A DNA stretch of 26,961 bases from Bdellovibrionota bacterium (GTDB taxonomy: Bacteria; Bdellovibrionota_C; UBA2361; OMII01), in contig JBIIHY010000001.1 in assembly GCA_044235305.1 (NCBI GenBank), positions 1-26,961 of the forward strand, in the 5' to 3' direction. The position numbers and the translations under genes are program-made. Of this stretch, positions 20,991 through 26,961 are shown one piece after another. The notes under the pieces were generated by a model. That model was not told the origin of the DNA, ran no database searches, and was given only the letters and a program-made list of their open reading frames with translations. Every line of letters starts with the position of its first letter. Positions within the stretch are counted from its first letter, which is position 1.

Positions 20991-21136
20991 ACCCTCTTTA
21001 CTCCTCACCGCTACTTTGTCTAAACACCCCATTCCTGCCTGAATTCAGGCAACACTAATCCCATTCGCGTGATAGCGACCGCAAAAAACACCCCGCTGTA
21101 CTACCTAATATGAAGATTAGTTTTTCGGGGCTACCA

Positions 21137-21152
21137 CTACTATATGTAGTAG
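21137..21152. promoter_or_regulatory. NrdR box (proximal)
   Basis: CTACTATATGTAGTAG is near-palindromic, fits the CwAtATaTwG core of the NrdR consensus, and lies upstream of nrdA. Confidence 0.8.
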
Positions 21153-21168
21153 CCACCGCAGGAACCAA

Positions 21169-21184
21169 CTACAAGATATATGTA
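21169..21184. promoter_or_regulatory. NrdR box (distal, weaker)
   Basis: CTACAAGATATATGTA, 32 bp from the proximal box (typical tandem spacing). It overlaps a possible -10 of a minus-strand promoter, TAGACA(21203-21208)-N18-TACATA(21179-21184). Confidence 0.6.
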
Positions 21185-21515
21185 CGAGCAGAGGCTTCAG
21201 ATTGTCTATACGAAATGTTAGCAACCGCTAAAAAAAAGTGCTGGATTGAGCTAACACCCTATAAAAACTGCGCCCCTCAAATGAGACGCCTTTCTATATC
21301 AGCAACGATTACCGTTTTCAACGAAATTCGTTTTTCGACAATCCAGCCAAGATATTGATATAACTACTATCTTGCTATTTATTCACCAAAAAGGCCCCAT
21401 CCTCAAAAACATTGTTATTTTATCCAAGTCGGGGGATTTTCTCTTGACGCATCATCCCTACTGCGGCCTTGAAAAATCGAATCAACGGGTTGTGGTTTCA
21501 GAAGAGAAAAGGAGA

Positions 21516-22685
21516 ATGGTGCGCGACAAGAAAAGCAACAACGCTTTGATGTTTAACGAGCGTCCCATGAAAACAGGCAGTATAACTCGAAAAATCTACA
21601 CTCTGGCGCTCTCTGCGCTGGCCGGTGCCTTAGTCGTGTGGGGATCTTTTTCAATCATCACCCGCACTCGCAACACATTATCTTTTGAGCGAAAACCGCA
21701 GCCTCGCGGTGAGCTGAGCGGTGAAGAGCAATCAACGATAGATCTCTTTGAGCGTGCTTCTACTTCTGTTGTCTACATTACTAGCCTCTCCGTAGAACGC
21801 GATGCGCTTACAATGAACGTGTTTGAGATTCCTCAGGGTGCCGGGTCAGGATTTATCTGGGATTCTCGTGGTTATATCGTAACTAATTTCCATGTAATTC
21901 AGAGCGCGCAGGCTGCAAAGATTACTCTATCGGATCAATCAACGTGGGATGCATCCCTCGTCGGAGTTGAGCCCGATAAAGACATCGCCGTGCTCAAGAT
22001 AAATACTGAAGGCACTTCGCTTTCACCTATCCCTGTCGGTACGTCAAAAGATCTCCGCGTTGGACAACGCGTATACGCCATCGGCAATCCCTTCGGATTT
22101 GATCACACACTAACTACCGGTGTTATTAGTGGCCTTGGTCGCGAAATAAAATCAGTAACCGACAGACCGATTCAGGGTGTCATTCAAACCGACGCAGCGA
22201 TCAATCCTGGCAACTCAGGCGGTCCATTACTTGATAGCTCTGGTCGACTGATCGGCATGAACACTGCAATCGTTAGTCCATCAGGTGCATACGCAGGGAT
22301 CGGATTCGCTGTTCCTATAGACACCATCAATCGTATCGTTCCTCAACTAATTAAGAGCGGACGAGTGAACAAACCAGGGCTAGGTATTCGGCTCGTTGAA
22401 AGCAACGCTCTTCGCCTCAACGGTGTTGTTGGTGCTATTGTTGCAAGCGTTGTTCCTGGATCTCCTGCTGCGCGTGCGGGACTGACTCCACTGACACGAA
22501 GAAATGGGGGCAAGATCGAGATTGGTGATGTAATTATCGCTATAGAGGATACCCCTGTTGAGGTCGGCGATGATCTCTTACGCGTCCTTGATCAATATGC
22601 ACCCGGAGATACGATCACCCTACGTGTTGTTCGAGGTGGTGAAGAACGTGATGTTAAAGTAGCGCTTGGTGTTCTAAAGCAATAA
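21516..22685 (+). CDS. HtrA/DegP-family trypsin-like serine protease with N-terminal TM/signal and one PDZ domain
   Basis: Catalytic triad motifs TNFHVI, KDIAVLKI and GNSGGPL, plus TDAAIN and a C-terminal PDZ (PGLGI..GSPAARAGL..GDVII). Hydrophobic segment LALSALAGALVVWGSFSII. Start uncertain (21516/21519/21549/21567); the 21372 start is unlikely. Confidence 0.93.
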   Translation: MVRDKKSNNALMFNERPMKTGSITRKIYTLALSALAGALVVWGSFSIITRTRNTLSFERKPQPRGELSGEEQSTIDLFERASTSVVYITSLSVERDALTMNVFEIPQGAGSGFIWDSRGYIVTNFHVIQSAQAAKITLSDQSTWDASLVGVEPDKDIAVLKINTEGTSLSPIPVGTSKDLRVGQRVYAIGNPFGFDHTLTTGVISGLGREIKSVTDRPIQGVIQTDAAINPGNSGGPLLDSSGRLIGMNTAIVSPSGAYAGIGFAVPIDTINRIVPQLIKSGRVNKPGLGIRLVESNALRLNGVVGAIVASVVPGSPAARAGLTPLTRRNGGKIEIGDVIIAIEDTPVEVGDDLLRVLDQYAPGDTITLRVVRGGEERDVKVALGVLKQ

Positions 22686-22690
22686 TAATT
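22597..22690 (+). repeat. Direct repeat A (3' end of protease gene)
   Basis: 87/94 identical to 23876-23969. Confidence 0.95.
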
Positions 22691-22802
22691 GGCTCATCGA
22701 CTTTTAGAAATTGCAGCCTTTTTGCATTCAATTTTTGGGCAACTTTGAAAGTTCAGGAAATTTCTTGAAAGCATATTCAATGGGTTATACACCCCTTAAA
22801 CA

Positions 22803-22832
22803 TTGACGGTTTAGGTATATTAATGGTATATT
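22803..22832 (+). promoter_or_regulatory. Sigma70-type promoter of the TA operon
   Basis: TTGACG-N18-TATATT with extended -10 TG; the ATG lies 7 nt after the -10. Confidence 0.6.
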
Positions 22833-22838
22833 TATGAT

Positions 22839-23102
22839 ATGGAATTGGAGTTCGATCCCCATAAGAGCGCATCCAACAGAGCTAAGCACGGGATCGACTT
22901 TGAGGACGCACAGGAGCTGTGGAACGACCCTCATCTCTTGGAGATTGAGGCACGTTCCACAGATGAACCTCGCTTCCTGTTGATTGGGAGCATTAAAGGT
23001 AAATACTGGAGCGCAGTCGTTACTTACCGTGAAGATAAAGTCAGAATAATATCTGTGCGGCGCTCTCGAAAAGAAGAGGTGGAACTATATGAAGAAAGTT
23101 AA
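22839..23102 (+). CDS. brnT: BrnT family (DUF497) type II toxin, ribonuclease
   Basis: EFDPHKSASNRAKHGIDFEDA...EPRFLLIG...RIISVRRSRKEEVELY matches the BrnT signature (WD..K...N..KHGI.F..A; RIISAR.A...E...Y). Confidence 0.92.
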   Translation: MELEFDPHKSASNRAKHGIDFEDAQELWNDPHLLEIEARSTDEPRFLLIGSIKGKYWSAVVTYREDKVRIISVRRSRKEEVELYEES

Positions 23103-23334
23103 AGCTAAAGATTTTGACGCCGCCTTTGACCGCGGTGAAGATGTCACCCAGTATCTTGATAAATCGAAAGCTCGGCGGGTGAATGCTGAACTCAAGAGAG
23201 TGAATATCGATTTTCCTGTTTGGGTGATCGCAAGCTTAGACAAAGAAGCTCGTCGTCTCGGTATTACAAGACAGTCGCTGGTGAAGATGTGGATTGCGGA
23301 GAAATTCAAAACGGATAACCAAGCTTCAGATTAA
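23089..23334 (+). CDS. brnA: CopG/RHH antitoxin (BrnA-like)
   Basis: Overlaps the toxin stop by 14 nt. FD.GEDVTQYLD N-terminus and an RHH-type C-terminus, KRVNIDFPVWVIASLDKEARRLGITRQSLVKMWI. Confidence 0.85.
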   Translation: MKKVKAKDFDAAFDRGEDVTQYLDKSKARRVNAELKRVNIDFPVWVIASLDKEARRLGITRQSLVKMWIAEKFKTDNQASD

Positions 23335-23875
23335 TTCAGCAGAAAATGCTATGAGCAACCACAATTAAAGGAACACCTACTTGTGAGTAAGGCGCTACCC
23401 ATATTCAGGGCCTCGCACTACTTTTGCGCATGTAGCGACTTATCACTTTTGTACGAGGATTATAATTTCAGTTCTCAGGCTGAGTTTTGAGGCGTTTCCA
23501 CCTACGCTCTAAAGAGCTACGGCGGACAAGCCCACCTCCGACCTGGCGAGTTGCGGCGGGCAGGCCGCTTGCTTGTCCACCGAAGCGTTAGCGCAGGTAG
23601 TAGTCTTCTGGCTTTCGTTTCTCAAGTGTCCGTTTATATTCGTCTCTTCCTTGAAATTTACCGATGGCCCCGGAGCTTGTCGTCTCTCGTTCGAGCGAGT
23701 ACTCGATGCTTTTGTTTTACGGTCCTCAGCATCAGTATAGCCCATTCATGCATGCTACGCTTACTTAGCCTAGCCTCTGCGATATAATGGAGGAACTTGT
23801 GAGTGAACTATGGCGTTAAACGAGGAGCTCCCAGCTCGTAAGGATACGTGTATCTGCGACACAAGTAGATTCCTC

Positions 23876-23969
23876 ATGCACCCGGAGATACGATCTCCTT
23901 ACGTGTTGTTCGAGGTGGAGAAGAGCGGGATGTAAAAGTAGAGCTTGGTGTTCTAAAGCAATAATAATT
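23876..23969 (+). pseudogene. Direct repeat B: orphan copy of the last ~29 codons of the protease gene
   Basis: Reads APGDTISLRVVRGGEERDVKVELGVLKQ* versus APGDTITLRVVRGGEERDVKVALGVLKQ* in the intact gene. Confidence 0.88.
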
Positions 23970-24618
23970 AAGGCAACCACTTCACAAACCAAGCACCTGC
24001 TTCGCGAGCAACTTCTTCAAGAGCCCCTGGCTCTTCGAAGAGGTGGGATGCATCGGGAACAATAGCGATCTCTTTGTGACACTTCATCTGCGCTAGCGCA
24101 GTTCGGTTAAGCTCTTCTACTTGGGTATCACTCCCACCAACTATAAGCAGTGTCGGCGCTGAGACCTGAGCAAGTGATTCTCCAGCCAGATCAGGCCTCC
24201 CGCCGCGCGAAACGACCGCCTGCACATCGGGGTCTGCGGCCGCTGCTCGCAGTGCCGCGGCTGCTCCCGTGCTGGCGCCAAAGAGCCCAATCGGAAGGTG
24301 CGCTGTTGCAGCTCTGCGTTTCGTCCATTGGATTACCGACACAAGGCGCTCGGCGAGAAGATCTATATCAAATCGATTACTGAACTCCCTGTCTTCCTCT
24401 TTTGTGAGCAGATCGAAGAGCAGTGTTGCCAGACGGACGCGGTGGAAAAAGTCTGCAACGGAAAGATTGCGCGGGCTCAGTCTACTGCTGCCACTACCGT
24501 GAGCGAAGACAACTACACCGATAGCTTGCGGCGGAATGTAGAGCTCGCCAGGCAAGACGCGGTGATCAACTGGTATAAAAACGCGCTCCGGAGCGCTCTC
24601 ATGTAGTGCCTCTTGCAT
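23968..24618 (-). CDS. Dienelactone hydrolase-like alpha/beta hydrolase
   Basis: VVFAHGSGSSRLSPRN, nucleophile elbow GLFGASTG, SRGGRPDLAG, LIVGGSD and HLFEEPGAL, typical of the DLH/phosphoribosyltransferase-associated hydrolase family. Confidence 0.9.
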   Translation of the reverse strand: MQEALHESAPERVFIPVDHRVLPGELYIPPQAIGVVVFAHGSGSSRLSPRNLSVADFFHRVRLATLLFDLLTKEEDREFSNRFDIDLLAERLVSVIQWTKRRAATAHLPIGLFGASTGAAAALRAAAADPDVQAVVSRGGRPDLAGESLAQVSAPTLLIVGGSDTQVEELNRTALAQMKCHKEIAIVPDASHLFEEPGALEEVAREAGAWFVKWLP

Positions 24619-24886
24619 GCGTATGCCTGTTACCTCGTGGGGTGGTAAAAACGATTAAAACGTCAGTGTTGCAAGGTACCTACTATCTCCTGCCTGGCAG
24701 TATGTTTAGCGACAGGTCGTGTGGCATAGAATATTTGCGCTGGGCTTCAATTACCCCTGCCAACGCTCGATAGCTAAGTTCTTAAAGCTGCGAGGTTTCG
24801 TATGCAACACGTTTCCAGCCGGACATCATAACTTTTTATAGAATGGGAATAAGCAGTAAAGTTCCTGCTCAAAGAAAGGTTTAGCT

Positions 24887-25540
24887 ATGGTTGCATACGC
24901 AGATGAAAGGCGCTCAGACGGTCTTCAAAATCCCGAGCAGGCTGTCGACCCCGCACAGCGGCCAAATACCGATAGAGTTGTTCAGGAGGCGATCGATAGG
25001 GCTTTGGCTCAAGCAGCACAACACTCTTCACGCTCACCACACTCTGGCCCCGCAGTTTCAGTCGTAACCACAGCCCGTGCCGGAGTAGGCTACGGCCAGG
25101 TTGTCGATGCTGCCAAACAGGTCATCGACACTCAGCTTGCCGAACTCCAGGCCTCAGTCCCGCTATCCCAAGATCAAGCAGCAGCACTGCGTGACCAGTA
25201 CTGTGCAGCAATTGCCCTTGCAGCGCACGGCATCGCTGAGGAAGAGCAACGCAGAGAAGAGCAGAGAGTTGCTCAGGAAGAGTCCGCTGCAGGTGCGGGC
25301 GGGCAAACAGCCGCATCACTTTTTAAACGCGGAACTCCAGAAGCTGACGCCTCACCAGTTACTACTCGAACCGATCTAAGACCAAACGAGGTACCGCCAC
25401 CAGAGACCCCTCTTAGAAGGCTCGGGGCAGACTTGTTAACCTTAGCGAATAAAAGGGAACCTACTCCAGCGGGCTTTAACTCTGGAGGACCTATGAGTCC
25501 GGTTAGTCAGCCAAACGAGGCTCTCTCTCTCTCGGCCTAA
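24887..25540 (+). CDS. Hypothetical protein, Ala/Gln/Glu-rich, partly helical
   Basis: 217-aa ORF with AAAGG SD-like sequence upstream, divergent from the hydrolase gene. No family recognised. Confidence 0.7.
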   Translation: MVAYADERRSDGLQNPEQAVDPAQRPNTDRVVQEAIDRALAQAAQHSSRSPHSGPAVSVVTTARAGVGYGQVVDAAKQVIDTQLAELQASVPLSQDQAAALRDQYCAAIALAAHGIAEEEQRREEQRVAQEESAAGAGGQTAASLFKRGTPEADASPVTTRTDLRPNEVPPPETPLRRLGADLLTLANKREPTPAGFNSGGPMSPVSQPNEALSLSA

Positions 25541-25960
25541 GGAAGCGCGCAATTCTCAATCCAAGTTGCTTTTGAACAACATGTGTAATTTTGCGTCGAC
25601 TACTTGCGGGATTTATCAATCCGACGCTGTTGTATGCGCTTAAATTGGAAGTCTGCCGTGGTACATCCCTCTACATCAATATCAGGAGTGCATCACATTA
25701 TGAGAACTTCAAAAGACAGCTCTTCACCACGACCATCATGCGCCCGTTCGGGTAGGGCGGTAGTTGCCTCAGAGCTCTGCTCAGATGTAATAGACCCATC
25801 GCCCAGATACTCTAACGAGACTCCCGGGACTCAACGAGAGATATCTTCTAAAGCCAAAGCGCTCGGAGCTTTAGCGGAGCTTCGCCACCCTTCTAGCTCA
25901 ACGCGAGTGGGGTTTCGGGATTTTCTCGATTGAGACACATCCCCTACACCTGTGCCTTCG

Positions 25961-26956
25961 CTACCGAACTACGTCCTGCGCAACCGGCTCGCGCTGCAGG
26001 GGTAGGTACGAGGATATCTTGTCCTTAAGCTGACCGAACTTCGGCGTAAGTTCGGTCAGCTTTGCATCCCATTCTTCGTTGATGGGCTGCGCTTTTATTG
26101 CCACATGAAATTTCGTCATGATCATAACGAGGAAAAGAGGTTTCAGAACTGCCTCCCGTATATTCAGTGCAAAGAGAACACCGATTGCTAGAGGCCACGC
26201 CCCCAAAAACGGCATAACTTTTGAAAGCAATCCAGCCGGTATCAACAAAGCAAACCAAGCGAGAACTGTCAGCACATAGTCAAGCAAGACACACCACACC
26301 GCTGTCATCAAAACCGCGCGATTGTTCTGGCAGTAGTAAATAAGCCCATCCCGTGCTCCACGCCACGGATTCTCATCTCGCCGCGCTAAGTTGTAAGACA
26401 GAATTGTTTCATCCACGTAGGTAGTCGCCGCACGAACAACGGCTGTGAAAACCTGAACAAGTTGCTTGAGCCCAGGCAGGGGCAAAAAAGAAGTTATCCA
26501 TTCAAGTGAACGATTAAAAGCGGAGACGATGCCAGCTACGATTACATCGAGCGCAAACAACATGTTCACCTCGCCGAAACGCTCAGTAACGATCCTCTTC
26601 CCATATGAGAACATGCCCTCTGATCCGTTGCCGATAGATCCGGTTGTGATTAGCTCAGTGAGCACAGCGATATGCCCACACTTTAGAAGATAAAGGACGT
26701 ACCGAAGCACAGTAGCCCAGATCCAGCCGTACGCACCCAAGCCCGTGGCAAGCCAACCGTATCCCACCCATGGGTGAACCTTATCCGCGAGAAAACCACC
26801 ACCGCCAACTGTAACCCCAAACCACAAGACTGTGACTATCGTTACCCCTACTAGGATAGCAAACCGCACCACGAGATACGGTGCTGTCCGACAGAGAAGA
26901 CCGATAGCTGTCAGTACGCCGGCGCTCTCTACCGCAAGAGGATAGGAGTGTCTCAC
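25961..26956 (-). CDS. Hypothetical multi-pass membrane protein (possibly 5'-truncated by window edge)
   Basis: 331-aa ORF with several hydrophobic segments (e.g. VVRFAILVGVTIVTVLWFGVTVGG, VLMTAVWCVLLDYVLTVLAWFALLIPAGLL). The frame stays open to the right edge. Confidence 0.8.
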   Translation of the reverse strand: MRHSYPLAVESAGVLTAIGLLCRTAPYLVVRFAILVGVTIVTVLWFGVTVGGGGFLADKVHPWVGYGWLATGLGAYGWIWATVLRYVLYLLKCGHIAVLTELITTGSIGNGSEGMFSYGKRIVTERFGEVNMLFALDVIVAGIVSAFNRSLEWITSFLPLPGLKQLVQVFTAVVRAATTYVDETILSYNLARRDENPWRGARDGLIYYCQNNRAVLMTAVWCVLLDYVLTVLAWFALLIPAGLLSKVMPFLGAWPLAIGVLFALNIREAVLKPLFLVMIMTKFHVAIKAQPINEEWDAKLTELTPKFGQLKDKISSYLPLQREPVAQDVVR

Positions 26957-26961
26957 TGGTT

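Larger units (their letters stand above)
22691..23875. mobile_element. Small genomic islet (TA cassette) between duplicated gene ends; no integrase present
   Basis: Flanked by 94-bp imperfect direct repeats, carries a TA pair, and has AT-rich flanks. Confidence 0.55.

Noticed and set aside
17673-21032. Intein or intron in nrdA to explain its length
   Set aside because: The extra length is accounted for by ATP cones, the catalytic motifs are contiguous, and no intein or homing-endonuclease motifs were seen.
21110-21515. 82-aa ORF 21110-21358 and the long N-terminal extension of the protease from 21372
   Set aside because: They overlap NrdR boxes and AT-rich divergent promoter DNA, and better starts lie downstream.
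24150-24606. Plus-strand ORFs over the hydrolase gene
   Set aside because: They are antisense shadows of a well-supported CDS.
25604-25933. 109-aa ORF as a confident CDS
   Set aside because: It has a weak start, no SD or family signal, and low complexity, so it is kept only as a low-interest note.

Overview
Bacterial (most likely diderm) chromosomal window with three parts. (1) 1-14.9 kb: three co-oriented minus-strand genes for Cys-rich exported proteins. One is a ~361-aa Sec-signal protein. The other two are tandem giant paralogs: 2547 aa, and >1883 aa running off the left edge and therefore missing from the ORF track. Both giants start with a TadE/type-IV-prepilin-like motif (RG|VA[L/I]VE plus a hydrophobic helix), then a Pro/Thr linker, Cys-rich repeats and a long stalk of Cys-paired MBG/Ig-like modules. 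The complete copy ends in an unassigned Cys-rich tip domain. Their first ~620 bp are 98% identical while the rest has diverged strongly. (2) 15.5-21.2 kb: a HAD phosphatase convergent with a Chlamydia-type ribonucleotide reductase operon: nrdA with three ATP cones, nrdB with the class Ic Phe/Glu signature, tandem NrdR boxes and a terminator. (3) 21.5-27 kb: an HtrA/DegP protease whose 3' end is duplicated around a BrnT/BrnA toxin-antitoxin islet, then a dienelactone-hydrolase-like gene and hypothetical genes. No rRNA, tRNA, CRISPR array, transposase or integrase was recognised. All family assignments come from motif recognition by eye, not database searches.
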